Shown: positions 29,762 through 39,958, numbered from the stretch's first letter. The stretch is DNA of 64,000 bases from an uncultured Acidobacteriota bacterium (GCA_963713825.1 CAVQNG010000025.1:224001-288000), one strand, 5' to 3'. Notes: generated by a model not told the origin, from the sequence alone. Program-made: numbers and translations.

Positions 29762-30298
29762 ATGTCCTTCCTGAAGATACTTGGTTTGGGCGCCGACGAA
29801 GAGTCCCGCGAGAGCGGCAACACCGCCACTGTCCGCAAGATCGTTGCCGAGTTGGAAACGATGGACTCCGACAAAGCGCGCTACGTGGCCGCTTTTGCCT
29901 ACATCCTCGGCCGGGTGGCGCACGCCGACCTGGACATCAGTGAGGCGGAGACCCACAAGATGGAAGAGGTCATTTGCCAGCTGGGGCACCTGCCTGAAGA
30001 GCAGGCTGTTCTGGTAGTGCAGATCGCCAAGAGTCAGAATCGCCTCTTCGGGCACACGGAGAATTTCCTCGTCACCCGCGAGTTCGTCCAGGTATCGACA
30101 CAGGAGCAACGGCAGAAGCTTCTCGACTGTCTCTTCGCGGTATCTGCCGCCGACGAGTCGATCACCTCGGCAGAGGAGGCGCAAATCCGCCAGATTGCCA
30201 GCGAGCTGGGCTTCAGTCACCGGCAATTCGTCGAGGCCCGCAAGGTGTACTCCCAGCACAGAGAAGTGCTGAAGCCGTTGCAGGACCCCCCTTCCTGA
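29762..30298 (+). CDS. TerB-family (tellurite resistance / DjlA-N-like) protein
   Basis: RVAHADLDISEAE and AVSAADESITSAEEAQIRQIASELG motifs. Confidence 0.8.
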   Translation: MSFLKILGLGADEESRESGNTATVRKIVAELETMDSDKARYVAAFAYILGRVAHADLDISEAETHKMEEVICQLGHLPEEQAVLVVQIAKSQNRLFGHTENFLVTREFVQVSTQEQRQKLLDCLFAVSAADESITSAEEAQIRQIASELGFSHRQFVEARKVYSQHREVLKPLQDPPS

Positions 30299-30328
30299 TC
30301 TGGTCTTGGCCCGCGGGGTGAGGATCGA

Positions 30329-31312
30329 TCAGTGAGCCTTGATCGAGGCGCGCTCGCTGGTGGATTCGACCTGCTGCGATTCGGAGTCTGGGCTGACCAG
30401 CTCTGTCCTCCCTCTTCTCCATCGACGGTGCGCCCAGAGCCACAGCTCTGGCCACTCTCGAATCGCTTCTTCGATCGACCGCAGGTAGTTCCTCGTCAGT
30501 TGGTCCACCGCTTCTTCACCGTTGGATTCTGGGAAGATCGGTGGGCGGTAGACGATTCGGCAGCGCTTCCAACCCTCCAGCGGGATTCCGAAGACAGGAA
30601 CCACCGGCGCGCCCGTGCGCAGAGATAGTCGAGCCATCAGAGGTGTCGTATAGGCTGGGTGGCCGAAGAAATCGTACGCCTTGCCTTCGTTCGGATGAAC
30701 TCGCTGATCGATGAGGAGGCCCGTCACGCCGCCCGATCGGAGGGTGCGAATCAGCTGGCGCGCCGCGCCGCGCTTGGCGATCGTCCGATTCCCAAAACGC
30801 TCTCGAATGCGGCGGATCTCCCTCTCTAGGTATGGGTTGTCAAGAGGCCGAGCGACAAAGGAAACGGGCTTTCCCCGCAGCACGGGAGCCTGTGCGAGAG
30901 CCTCCCAGTTGCCGAAATGGGCGGTCATCAGCAAGACACCTTTGCCGGCTTGCTCGGCTTTCTCGAAGTTCTCCCAACCTTCGAAATCGAGACGTGCCAG
31001 GTAGCTTTCGCGGTCGAGGTCCGCCGAAGTGGCGAGGTCGACTGCCGCTGCTCCAATGTTCTCGAAAGACTCCTTGGCAATGCGCTTGCGGTCGGCAGTG
31101 GGTCGTTCCGGAAGGGCGAGCTCGAGGTTCTGCTGCGCCACCCGTCGATGTCGGACGTCTAGAAGGTAGCCGAACCGACCGCCCCATCGTCCGAGGTTCA
31201 ACCGCACCGACTCGGGCAGCACGTTCATCAGGGTCTTGGCTCCCCTGTAGACACCCAACTCCAGCTTGTAGCGGAGAGGGTGCTCCTTCGGTCGCTTGCG
31301 TCGGTTCGTCAT
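30329..31312 (-). CDS. Lipid A lauroyl-type (LpxL/HtrB-family) acyltransferase
   Basis: TAHFGNWE, LIDQ, FFGHPA and PELWLWAHRRWR motifs. Confidence 0.88.
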   Translation of the reverse strand: MTNRRKRPKEHPLRYKLELGVYRGAKTLMNVLPESVRLNLGRWGGRFGYLLDVRHRRVAQQNLELALPERPTADRKRIAKESFENIGAAAVDLATSADLDRESYLARLDFEGWENFEKAEQAGKGVLLMTAHFGNWEALAQAPVLRGKPVSFVARPLDNPYLEREIRRIRERFGNRTIAKRGAARQLIRTLRSGGVTGLLIDQRVHPNEGKAYDFFGHPAYTTPLMARLSLRTGAPVVPVFGIPLEGWKRCRIVYRPPIFPESNGEEAVDQLTRNYLRSIEEAIREWPELWLWAHRRWRRGRTELVSPDSESQQVESTSERASIKAH

Positions 31313-31404
31313 GGCGTCGATGTGACAGTTGTGTCGTTGTCGAGCCCCTAGCCCGGGGACCGGAGAAACTCGACTTGTCCCCAGCCTGTTGTCCTCAGGA
31401 TAGG

Positions 31405-31440
31405 AAAAAGCCGCCGCCTGCCGTCAGGCAGGTGCGGCTT
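31405..31440 (-). terminator. Rho-independent terminator after the molybdoenzyme operon
   Basis: Minus strand reads AAGCCGCACCTGCC-TGAC-GGCAGGCGGCGGC-TTTTT, a GC hairpin followed by a U-run, 38 bp after the FAD-subunit stop. Confidence 0.7.
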
Positions 31441-31477
31441 GAGGATTATAACCGTGGACTCTGGTTGGATCGAACCC

Positions 31478-32443
31478 CTAGAGTGCGACCAAGCTCTCCA
31501 TGAGCGCGCCCTTTGCCAAGAGAACTTTGTAGGCGTTCTGTTCCAGGGGCTGGGCTCCGGCGACCGCGGCTGCAGCGACAGCCGCCGCCACAGAGGGAGT
31601 TGGTTCCTTGCCAATCAGAGCCGCCTCGGCAGCTGCCGATCGCCAGGGAGCGGGAGCCACGCCTCCGAGGACCACCCTGGCCTCGGCTACGGTCGAACCG
31701 CTCAATCGAACGGCGAGGGCAACACTGACGAGGGCGAAGTCCCAAGCTCCGCGCTCTCGAATCTTGCGATAGGAGCTCTTGACCCCGCTTGCCGCTGGGA
31801 GGACTACTTCGGTAACGATCTCGCCTTGCTGCAGTACGTTCTCCCGTTCCAGGTCCTGATCTGGCAGGACGAAAAAATCCTCCAGGGCCATCGAGCGCTC
31901 TCCACGAGCTCCCGATATGCGGACTTCTCCTCCCAGGGCAACCAGCATCGGTGCCATATCAGACGGGTGGACGATGTAACAGGGATCGCCACCGAAAATC
32001 GCGTGGTAGCGGTTCTCGCCCTCCACCGCGTAGCACATGTCACCGCCCTTCTTGGCGCAGTGGAAATCACCGCGGAAGTACCAACAGCGGGGTCGCTGAC
32101 AGAGATTGCCTCCGAGTGTGCCCTGGTTCCTCAGCTGCGGGCTGGCGACATCGCTTGCGGCCTGCGCCAGGCCGGGATAGCTCTCTCGAATCACGGCGCT
32201 TGCCGCGATCTCCGAGATCGTGGTCAGCGCACCGATCCGAATCCCACCCTCATCCGAGGTAGTGATGCCCTTGAGCTCCTCCAGGCGGCTGATGCTGACA
32301 AGCTTCTCGACCTCGAAGACCTCGTCTCGGGCACAGCCCAGGAGGTCGGTCCCACCGGCGTGAAGGTAGGCTCCCTGGCTGGCGAGATTGTCGAGCGCCT
32401 CTTGCTTGGAGCGAGCGCGAATGTAAGCGAAGTTTGGCAGCAT
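31478..32443 (-). CDS. Xanthine dehydrogenase-family FAD-binding subunit (PaoB/YagS-like)
   Basis: AGGTDL, ASPQLRNQGTLGGNLCQRPRCWYFR and a Cys-rich [4Fe-4S]-type insertion. Confidence 0.92.
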   Translation of the reverse strand: MLPNFAYIRARSKQEALDNLASQGAYLHAGGTDLLGCARDEVFEVEKLVSISRLEELKGITTSDEGGIRIGALTTISEIAASAVIRESYPGLAQAASDVASPQLRNQGTLGGNLCQRPRCWYFRGDFHCAKKGGDMCYAVEGENRYHAIFGGDPCYIVHPSDMAPMLVALGGEVRISGARGERSMALEDFFVLPDQDLERENVLQQGEIVTEVVLPAASGVKSSYRKIRERGAWDFALVSVALAVRLSGSTVAEARVVLGGVAPAPWRSAAAEAALIGKEPTPSVAAAVAAAAVAGAQPLEQNAYKVLLAKGALMESLVAL

Positions 32444-32446
32444 GAA

Positions 32447-34759
32447 TCAGGCCCTCCTCTGGTCATGAGCCGCCAGCAGCTCCAGGAGTCTGGTAGGGTT
32501 GATGGGAGCCTCTGTCACTCTGACCCCGGTAGCGTGGTAGACCGCGTTGGCTATGGCCGCGGCCGTCGGGATGGTGACGGGCTCTCCCAGGCCCTTGGCA
32601 CCGGTGGTGTTGCACTCCAGATCTTGGATCTCGATCGGCAGGGACTCGATGTCGGCCGGCACATCCAACGCGGTGGGGATCTTGTAGTCGTGCCAGTTTC
32701 TGTTGACCATCTTGCCAGTCTGTTTCTCGTCCAGGACGCGCCGCTCCGTCAACCCGAAGCCGATTCCCATGACGATGCCGCCGTAGACCTGATTGTCGTA
32801 GGTCAGGCGGCTCATCACCCTGCCGCTGTCATGGGCCCCCAAGAAGCGGAGGACCCTGACTTCTCCCGTCAATTTGTTGACCTCGACCTCACAGAACTGA
32901 GCGGCGAACGGACACGTCGCCTTGCCTTCGGGGTTGGGACCCCGGTAGCCGATGCCAATCACCGTGCGCCTTCTCCTGAACAGGCCTATCTCCTTGACGG
33001 CAATGCGCTTGGAGGAATCTCGCGACGAAAAGACCTCGCCGTTTTCGAGCTTCAGCTCGCCTACCGCGACCTCCAGCTCGTCGGCCGCCATGGCCAGAAG
33101 CTGCTCCTTGCAGTCCAGCGCCGCGGCGCGGACCGCGGGTGACTCGGTAGGCACGGTCTTGCTGCCACCGCTGGCCGTGGCGAACTCGGTCGTTCCGGTG
33201 TCGGCATGTTCGATCTGAATTCGCTCTACCGGTACTCCCAGTTCTTCGGCGACGACCATGGCCATGACCGTCTTGGTCCCTGTGCCGATATCACTGGCAC
33301 CCATGTTCAAGTTGACGCTGCCATCGGCGAAGTACTTGACGACCGCCGTGGAGGGAGGTCCGCCTGCGCCAGCTACCCAGGTACAGCCCGCCATTCCCAC
33401 GCCTCGAACGACAGTGCCATCGGCGGCGGGGCGGCCTCTTGCTGCGGCCCAGCCAAAGGCTTTGGCCCCCTCCTCCAGGCACTCCTTGAAGCCGGTCGAT
33501 GTGTAGGGGATGTCTCCCCGAGCCTGACTCACAGTGGTCAGATTCTTCAGCCTCAGCTGCAATGGGTCCATGCCGAGCTTCTCCGCCAGGGCGTCGAGAA
33601 TCTGTTCGAGGGCCCAGGAGCCCTGCGGGTGCCCGGGGGCGCGCATGGGTCTCTCTTCACCGGCGTTCATGTAAGCGCTCTGGCCCTTGGACCGCACGTT
33701 CGGGCAACGATAGAGATCGCGAATCTGCCAATCGAAGAGGCCGGTGCCATAGGGGGAGTAGGCGCCTCCGGAGCCCAGGGCCTCGAAATCGAGAGCTGTC
33801 AGGGTGCCATCGCTGCGCGCCCCGGCCCTGAGCCGCATGGTGCCGCCGGGCCGGTTGCCAACACACAGGAGCGTCTCTTCGCGGCTCAAGAAGACTTTCA
33901 CGGGACTGGCGGTCTTCTTGGCCAGTAGGGCGGCGATGAGGGTGTACTTGCCGATGGCCAATTTGGAACCGAATCCGCCCCCAACGTAGTGCCCAATGAC
34001 TCTGACGTGGCTGAGTGGCAGATCGAGGGCGGCGGCCGTCTGGCTTTGGACGTTGTAGACACCCTGTGTCGACTCCCAGAGGGTCAACTTGTCTCCCTCC
34101 CAGCGGGCCACACAGCCGTGCGTCTCCAGCGGGGTGTGTAGCAGGAAAGGAACCTTATAGGTCTCTTCGACGATTGCCTCCGCCGCTGCGAACCCTGCGT
34201 CGAGATCGCCGCGCTCGTAAGTGGACGGCTCGCCGACGCTATTGCCCTCAGGATGCAAATTGGGAGCTCCGGGCTCGAGAGCCGCCTCCGGAGTCGAAAC
34301 TGCCTTTAGCACTTCATAGTCGACTGCAATAGCACGCAGGGCGTCCTGCGCCTGGTAGGGAGTCTGTGCCGCCACGGCTGCAACGGCTTCGCCCTCGAAC
34401 CGACATGTCGTGTCGAACAGCACCGACTCCGGCCCATCGCTCTCGGGTTGCCAGGGAATGTCCGCGCCGGGACTATCCGAAGTCAGCACTGCGCGGACGC
34501 CGGGCATCTGCTCAGCGGCGGATGGATCGAGACTCTTGATCTTGGCGTGTGCGTGAGGGCATCGCAGGACAGCGCCGTACAGCATGTCTGGCAGATTGAC
34601 ATCGGAAGGGTAGACGGCGGCACCGCTCAAGCGCTGGTAGGCATCGACGCGAGGCAAAGGCTCGCCTACGACCCGGGTTTCGGTCCAGTGGTCCTGGCGC
34701 TGCTTCGGCTCCGGGGTCTCAGGAATCGGTCCGCGCACATAGTAGTTTGCCCTGGTCAT
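32447..34759 (-). CDS. Xanthine dehydrogenase-family molybdopterin-binding subunit (PaoC/YagR-like)
   Basis: GGGFGSK, MRAPGHPQG, DIGTG and GAKGLGEP motifs. Confidence 0.93.
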   Translation of the reverse strand: MTRANYYVRGPIPETPEPKQRQDHWTETRVVGEPLPRVDAYQRLSGAAVYPSDVNLPDMLYGAVLRCPHAHAKIKSLDPSAAEQMPGVRAVLTSDSPGADIPWQPESDGPESVLFDTTCRFEGEAVAAVAAQTPYQAQDALRAIAVDYEVLKAVSTPEAALEPGAPNLHPEGNSVGEPSTYERGDLDAGFAAAEAIVEETYKVPFLLHTPLETHGCVARWEGDKLTLWESTQGVYNVQSQTAAALDLPLSHVRVIGHYVGGGFGSKLAIGKYTLIAALLAKKTASPVKVFLSREETLLCVGNRPGGTMRLRAGARSDGTLTALDFEALGSGGAYSPYGTGLFDWQIRDLYRCPNVRSKGQSAYMNAGEERPMRAPGHPQGSWALEQILDALAEKLGMDPLQLRLKNLTTVSQARGDIPYTSTGFKECLEEGAKAFGWAAARGRPAADGTVVRGVGMAGCTWVAGAGGPPSTAVVKYFADGSVNLNMGASDIGTGTKTVMAMVVAEELGVPVERIQIEHADTGTTEFATASGGSKTVPTESPAVRAAALDCKEQLLAMAADELEVAVGELKLENGEVFSSRDSSKRIAVKEIGLFRRRRTVIGIGYRGPNPEGKATCPFAAQFCEVEVNKLTGEVRVLRFLGAHDSGRVMSRLTYDNQVYGGIVMGIGFGLTERRVLDEKQTGKMVNRNWHDYKIPTALDVPADIESLPIEIQDLECNTTGAKGLGEPVTIPTAAAIANAVYHATGVRVTEAPINPTRLLELLAAHDQRRA

Positions 34760-35406
34760 GACTGACCTCCCTTGCCGCGCTTCAGATCAGCGGCCAGGCG
34801 AGCTGCCTTGAAGATGTTGGGATAGGTACCGCAGCGGCAGAGGTTGCCGCTGACTCCGGTGCGGATCTCCTCGAGAGAGGGATCCGGGTTGGAGCGCAGC
34901 AGGCCTTCGACGGCCATGACCTGCCCCGGCGTGCAGTAGCCGCACTGGAAGGCGTCTTTTTCCTTGAAAGCCTGTTGGACGGCGCCGAGCTCTTCACCTT
35001 CGAGCAGCCCCTCCAGCGTGGTGATCTGGCTGTCCTCCGCCTCCAGGGCAAGGGTCATGCAGGAGTAGCGGGGCACATTGTCCACGAGAACTGTACAGGC
35101 ACCGCACTCGCCGCGATCGCACCCGAGCTTGGTCCCGGTCAAGACCAACTGCTCTCTCAGCACATAGGCGAGTGACCAACGGGGTTCGACCAGTAGTCGC
35201 CGTTGAATGCCATTGATTTGCAGCGCGACCGGTACAGCTTCGCCAGCTTCGACGACGGGTGCGGAGCCGGTGTCCGTAGCCCCCTCCACGGCCGGAACGC
35301 CGGTTGCGATCCCCACTGCGCCGATACCGGCACCGGTCAGGAAGTGCCGACGAGTGACTCCTGGTTCGGTACCTCTCTCCTTCTTCTTCCGGTGGTTGTC
35401 TGCCAT
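34756..35406 (-). CDS. [2Fe-2S] subunit with Tat signal (PaoA/YagT-like)
   Basis: TRRHFLTG twin-arginine leader. GCDRGECGACT, QCGYCTPG and NLCRCGTY motifs. Confidence 0.93.
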   Translation of the reverse strand: MADNHRKKKERGTEPGVTRRHFLTGAGIGAVGIATGVPAVEGATDTGSAPVVEAGEAVPVALQINGIQRRLLVEPRWSLAYVLREQLVLTGTKLGCDRGECGACTVLVDNVPRYSCMTLALEAEDSQITTLEGLLEGEELGAVQQAFKEKDAFQCGYCTPGQVMAVEGLLRSNPDPSLEEIRTGVSGNLCRCGTYPNIFKAARLAADLKRGKGGQS

Positions 35407-35535
35407 TCGATTCCTCCGGGTGTCTGGCTGATTACGCTCAACTATACCGCGGGACCCCCCGCCTGCGTCCGCGTTTTCGCTGCGGCGGAGCGAAGCACTT
35501 GCGAGGCGGTTCGGAGAGGCAGGTAGAAGGCCCCA

Positions 35536-36882
35536 TCACCAGTGCCGGATTCGCTCCAGTCGGACCATGAAGTCGAAGGCTTCGTCCCGGTGGCACTGCC
35601 TGCAAGTGAGCTCATCGGGGATCCGGCCTCCGTTGGTCAGGAAGGTCTGCCGATCCTGCATGATCCCCTTGTCCATGTAGGCCGAGCCTGGCCCGTGGCA
35701 GGCTTCGCAACCCACGCCCTGGCGTTGGTCGTAGTCCTTTTGGAACACGGCGCCGGGATTCTGAGCCGCTGTCAGATGGCACATCCGGCAACGCTGCTCT
35801 TCGGCAGGGTTGGTGATCTCCTGGTAGTCCTCATGGCTGGCTGCCAGTGCTCTTGCCTGATCCGTTGTCAGGGTGTGGTAAGCGCGCGAGTGGCGGCTCG
35901 CGATCCAATGCCCAGCGGGTCCTCTCGCCGGACCTTTGCTGTGGCAGGGAAAGCAGGCTCCGGATCCCACATAAGTGTAGTCGGCCGCTCCGTCGACGAC
36001 TTTTCGAGCCGACACCGTTCGCCGTAGGAAGCTCACCTCCATTCGCGAGACATTGTCATCGTCATCGCGATAAAAATCGACTTTCCATGGCTCCTGCTCG
36101 CAGATGAAGCTGTCGGCGGCCACCGGACGCATGCTGTCAGGGGCGAACTCCATGAGGCGCATGCTGTCACCGACGCGCCAAACATCGAAGCTGAAGCCGC
36201 CACCCAGGTCGTAGTGGCCAACGTACTGATCGAGAACACGCCGGGAAATGGTGGCCGGTGCTGGGCGCTCCAGCATCACCTCACCGGGCCGTCGACCATC
36301 GGCATCGGTCAGCTCCGGATCGGCGCCCGCATCGAGAAGAAGTTCCACCAGCTGAGGATGACCGCCTCGGTAGGCGACATTCAGGGTAGACCAACCTTCG
36401 TTGGTGGTGGCGTCGGGATCGGCACCTGCTTCCAGGAGAAGTCGAGCGACCTTCAGACAACCCCTCCGGGCGGCGACATGTAAGGGTGTCCTCCCCCAGC
36501 GGTTATGAACGGTGATGTCACCTCCCGCCCTCATGAGGGACGCCATCGTCTCCGCGTCGTCATGATGGGCCGCACCATGAAGAGGTGTTCCGCCGTCGGC
36601 GCCGACGTTGTTGGGGTCGGAACCGGCCTCGGCGAGGAATCGAGCTGCTGCCCCATGCCCTCGAATCGCCGCCCACTGCAAAGCGCTGTAGCCGACCTCG
36701 TCCACGGCTTGAAGGAGCTCTGGATTGGCAGTGGTCAGCTCTTCAATCCGATCGAGTCTGCCGGCCTTGGCAGCTTCGATGAGCTCCTCGCTATGCACCA
36801 TCGCGGGGAGAGAAACGGCAGTGAAGAGAAGGAGAAGTGAGGCGGCCGAAACGGCCGAAGTGGGCGCAGGAAGGAGCAACAT
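35536..36882 (-). CDS. Exported ankyrin-repeat / tetraheme cytochrome c (c554-like) fusion protein
   Basis: Signal peptide, ankyrin repeats (GGTPLHGAA, GRTPLHVAA) and four CxxCH motifs: CFPCH, CRMCH, CEACH, CRQCH. Confidence 0.85.
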   Translation of the reverse strand: MLLLPAPTSAVSAASLLLLFTAVSLPAMVHSEELIEAAKAGRLDRIEELTTANPELLQAVDEVGYSALQWAAIRGHGAAARFLAEAGSDPNNVGADGGTPLHGAAHHDDAETMASLMRAGGDITVHNRWGRTPLHVAARRGCLKVARLLLEAGADPDATTNEGWSTLNVAYRGGHPQLVELLLDAGADPELTDADGRRPGEVMLERPAPATISRRVLDQYVGHYDLGGGFSFDVWRVGDSMRLMEFAPDSMRPVAADSFICEQEPWKVDFYRDDDDNVSRMEVSFLRRTVSARKVVDGAADYTYVGSGACFPCHSKGPARGPAGHWIASRHSRAYHTLTTDQARALAASHEDYQEITNPAEEQRCRMCHLTAAQNPGAVFQKDYDQRQGVGCEACHGPGSAYMDKGIMQDRQTFLTNGGRIPDELTCRQCHRDEAFDFMVRLERIRHW

Positions 36883-37059
36883 GACGCCTTCTTTCCGGGT
36901 TTGTGTCGCTGGTTTAGCCTCCCAGGGCTGGAACCCGTCGGCCCTGGACTGTTCTCTATCTCTTCTTACGAAGATCGGATCGGGAGGTTTCTAGTCTGAG
37001 GAGGGTTGCCTAGCGGGCCCTCTTGCTACATCCTTGGCGCTAGTGTCGATGGAGTAGCC

Positions 37060-38478
37060 ATGAAGTCTGAACATCGATCGAAGACGTTTCTACTGTTGAT
37101 GGCCCTGGGGCTGGCAGCGGCGGGGTTGTCGTGCCAGAAGTCCGTCGAACAGCGACGACCCAACCTGATCCTGGTCTCAATCGATACGCTGCGGGCAGAT
37201 CATCTGTCAGCCTACGGATACGACCGCCCAACCAGCCCGGAAATCAGCCGCTTGGCGAAAGAAGGGATCCTCTTCGAGCAGGCGTTCAGCCAGTCTCCCA
37301 AGACTGCAACGTCTCACATGTCGTTGTTTACCGGTGTCTACCCGCCGGCTCATCGGGTCGCCAACTGGGGTGAACGCCGAGTGCGGCGGTTGTCTGATGA
37401 CGTGCCGACTCTGGCGACGCTGTTGGCGCGGTCCGGTTACAGGACGGAGGCGCACACGGGTGGCGGCAACGTCAGCGCTCGACTCGGCTTCGACCAGGGT
37501 TTCCAGGTTTACGAGGAGCACCGGGGCACAGACCCCGTCTTCGCGGGTGCCAGCAAGGCCCTCGACCGATTCGCCCAGGCAGGAGGAGGCGCGAAAGCCC
37601 CCTTCTTTCTGTTTGTCCACACCTTCGAGGTCCACGATCCGTATGTGCCGCCACCGGAGTTCGCCGCGGAGTTCTCGGATCCGTCGTACTCGGGAGACAT
37701 CGTCAGCTCCCAGGAGGAATTGGAGCGCTTGGCGGGCGGCGGCAACTATTGGGCGCGGAATCGGGAGTTCTGGCGACGGGTGGACCGAGAGGACCCCGCC
37801 GACATCCAGCATCTGAGGGATCTCTATGATGCGGAGATCCTATTCACGGACTCACAGATCGCGGCTTTCCGACAACGCCTGCGAAAGCTCGAACTCGAGG
37901 ATGAGACGATTCTCGTCGTCCTCTCGGATCACGGCGAGGAGTTTCTCGACCACGGCGGCTTTCTCCACAATGCCCTGTTTCAGGAGATCCTGCACGTACC
38001 ACTGGTCTTCCGATTTCCAGCCAGCTTGGGACTCGCTACCGGTCTTCGAATTCAGGACGTGGTCCAGCTGGTCGATGTGGTGCCGACCCTCTTGGAGGTG
38101 CTGGACTTGCCGGCCCCGGAGCACCTCCAAGGAAGATCGCTGCTGCCCCTAATCGAGGGTGGGGAGCCCCTGGACAGGCCAGTCTTCAGTCAATGGCTGG
38201 CGGGCGGCAGAATCGTTGCACTGCGCGATGGTGATTGGAAGTACATCCAATTCAAGAGGCAGGAGCAGCTCTTCGATCTCGCCGCGGACCCGGGTGAATC
38301 GTTGGATCGAGTCCTGACGCAGCCCGAGGTCCTGGAGAGACTTCGGGCGAGGGTCGGCGAGATCATCGGCGAGAGCTATGCATTTGCCGAGACCCAGACA
38401 CCGGCTCGACCGCCGCAGCTCGACCAGGAGACTCGGCAACAGCTGGAGGCTCTTGGCTACCTTGAAGGGGATTCTTGA
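37060..38478 (+). CDS. Sulfatase-like (alkaline phosphatase superfamily) lipoprotein
   Basis: Lipobox GLSC. PNLILVSIDTLRADH, HDPY, YDAEI, SDHGEEF and LFDLAADPGE motifs. Confidence 0.85.
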   Translation: MKSEHRSKTFLLLMALGLAAAGLSCQKSVEQRRPNLILVSIDTLRADHLSAYGYDRPTSPEISRLAKEGILFEQAFSQSPKTATSHMSLFTGVYPPAHRVANWGERRVRRLSDDVPTLATLLARSGYRTEAHTGGGNVSARLGFDQGFQVYEEHRGTDPVFAGASKALDRFAQAGGGAKAPFFLFVHTFEVHDPYVPPPEFAAEFSDPSYSGDIVSSQEELERLAGGGNYWARNREFWRRVDREDPADIQHLRDLYDAEILFTDSQIAAFRQRLRKLELEDETILVVLSDHGEEFLDHGGFLHNALFQEILHVPLVFRFPASLGLATGLRIQDVVQLVDVVPTLLEVLDLPAPEHLQGRSLLPLIEGGEPLDRPVFSQWLAGGRIVALRDGDWKYIQFKRQEQLFDLAADPGESLDRVLTQPEVLERLRARVGEIIGESYAFAETQTPARPPQLDQETRQQLEALGYLEGDS

Positions 38479-38509
38479 CGGATCGCTGGATCGATCTGCC
38501 GCCGGGACT

Positions 38510-39958
38510 TCAGTGAGCCCCTTTGCCACTCAAGACGACGGGGATGGTCTTGAGGAGGATCTTCATGTCCAGCAGGGGTGACCAGCTGTCGATGTACTCC
38601 AGATCCAGCTCGACCCATCGATCGAAATCGAGCTCGTTGCGGCCCTGGACCTGCCAAAGGCAGGTGAGGCCTGGGCGCATGGAGAGGCGTCGCCTCTGCC
38701 AGCGCTGATACTGGGAGACTTCCTGTGGTACGGGTGGTCGCGGGCCTACCAGACTCATGTCACCCTTGAGGACATTCCACAGCTGAGGTAGCTCGTCGAG
38801 ACTGAACTGACGCAGCCAGCGACCGACGGGCGTCACACGTGGGTCCCGCTTGACCTTGAAGACCGGCCCACTCATCTCGTTCAGGTGGGCGATCGACTGC
38901 CGTTGGCTTTCGGCATCTTCCACCATGGTGCGAAATTTGTAGAGCGTGAAACGGCGACCATTGAGACCACAGCGGGTCTGGGTGAACAGCACCCGACCAC
39001 CTCCAGCGAGCTTGAGCAATCCGGCGATGACCAGCATGACGGGCAACGCCACCATCAGCAGCATGGCGGAGATCGACACATCGATCGCCCGCTTGCCGAG
39101 CAGCTGCAATTCGCTGGCGGGTGTGTGGTCGTAGGTCAGAACGGGGAGGTTGTCGAGGGCCCCGACTTCGACCTTGGCAGCGGTGTGGGGAAGGAAGCTG
39201 AGGGCCAGCCTCGAGCGAACCCCCTGCTCCTCGAGGGCGAGCAACAGAGCCTCGAGCTGCGCGGGGTGTGGACGATCGAGGGCGAAGATGACTTCGTCTA
39301 CCACGTTCTCTTCGACGACCTCCGGGAGCTCATCCAGGACGCCGATTACCGGGTACGGGGCTTCGCCCGTAATGCCCTCTCGTCTGCTCTCGGCGATCAG
39401 GCCCAGGATCCTGAGACCCCAGTAGCCATGTTGCTCGACCAGATCGGCAACTCTGGCGGCGGTGGCTCCGGTACCGACGATGACGACGGTTCGATAGTTG
39501 TACCCTTTCTCACGAGCGTAGCGAGCCAAGGCGCGCACCGCGACGGTCCTCGCCAAGAGGAGCACGGTGGTGAGGAAGTAGAGGAGGAAGATCCAGGCCC
39601 GACTGATCTTGTCACCTCCCAACAGTCGGTCGTCGAGTCGCAGGGCGTAGATGACCAGCACCAGCAGCAACGCACTGGCGATCGAGAGCCGGAGAATTTC
39701 TCGGGCTTCCTGCTGCAAGGGCACCGTGCGCTGCGATCGATAGAGCGTCGAACGGTAGAGCAGGAACCACCAGATCACCAGGGTGATCGGCAGCAGTGGG
39801 AGGTACTGCTTTAGGGGATAGAGGTTGGTGGCTGACCAGCCCCACGAAGGAAAGGCCTGGCTTCGCAACCAGAACGCCAAGAAGAAGGACAGCGTGACGA
39901 GCAACAGGTCCACCGCAAGGAGGCTGCCGGCGACGATTCTTGCCCGTTCCTTCAGCAT
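38510..39958 (-). CDS. Polyprenyl-phosphate sugar phosphotransferase (WcaJ/WbaP-like)
   Basis: N-terminal TM helices. KFRTM, DPRVT, LDELPQLWNVLKGDMSLVGPRP and PGLT motifs. Confidence 0.93.
   Translation of the reverse strand: MLKERARIVAGSLLAVDLLLVTLSFFLAFWLRSQAFPSWGWSATNLYPLKQYLPLLPITLVIWWFLLYRSTLYRSQRTVPLQQEAREILRLSIASALLLVLVIYALRLDDRLLGGDKISRAWIFLLYFLTTVLLLARTVAVRALARYAREKGYNYRTVVIVGTGATAARVADLVEQHGYWGLRILGLIAESRREGITGEAPYPVIGVLDELPEVVEENVVDEVIFALDRPHPAQLEALLLALEEQGVRSRLALSFLPHTAAKVEVGALDNLPVLTYDHTPASELQLLGKRAIDVSISAMLLMVALPVMLVIAGLLKLAGGGRVLFTQTRCGLNGRRFTLYKFRTMVEDAESQRQSIAHLNEMSGPVFKVKRDPRVTPVGRWLRQFSLDELPQLWNVLKGDMSLVGPRPPVPQEVSQYQRWQRRRLSMRPGLTCLWQVQGRNELDFDRWVELDLEYIDSWSPLLDMKILLKTIPVVLSGKGAH

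Noticed and set aside
31439-33142. 567-aa + strand ORF
   Set aside because: It is antisense to the clearly recognisable FAD and Mo subunits, has no motifs, and is a typical high-GC shadow ORF.
35407-35535. Possible Moco riboswitch upstream of the molybdoenzyme operon
   Set aside because: I could not recognise the conserved Moco-RNA elements. An Infernal/Rfam scan would be decisive.
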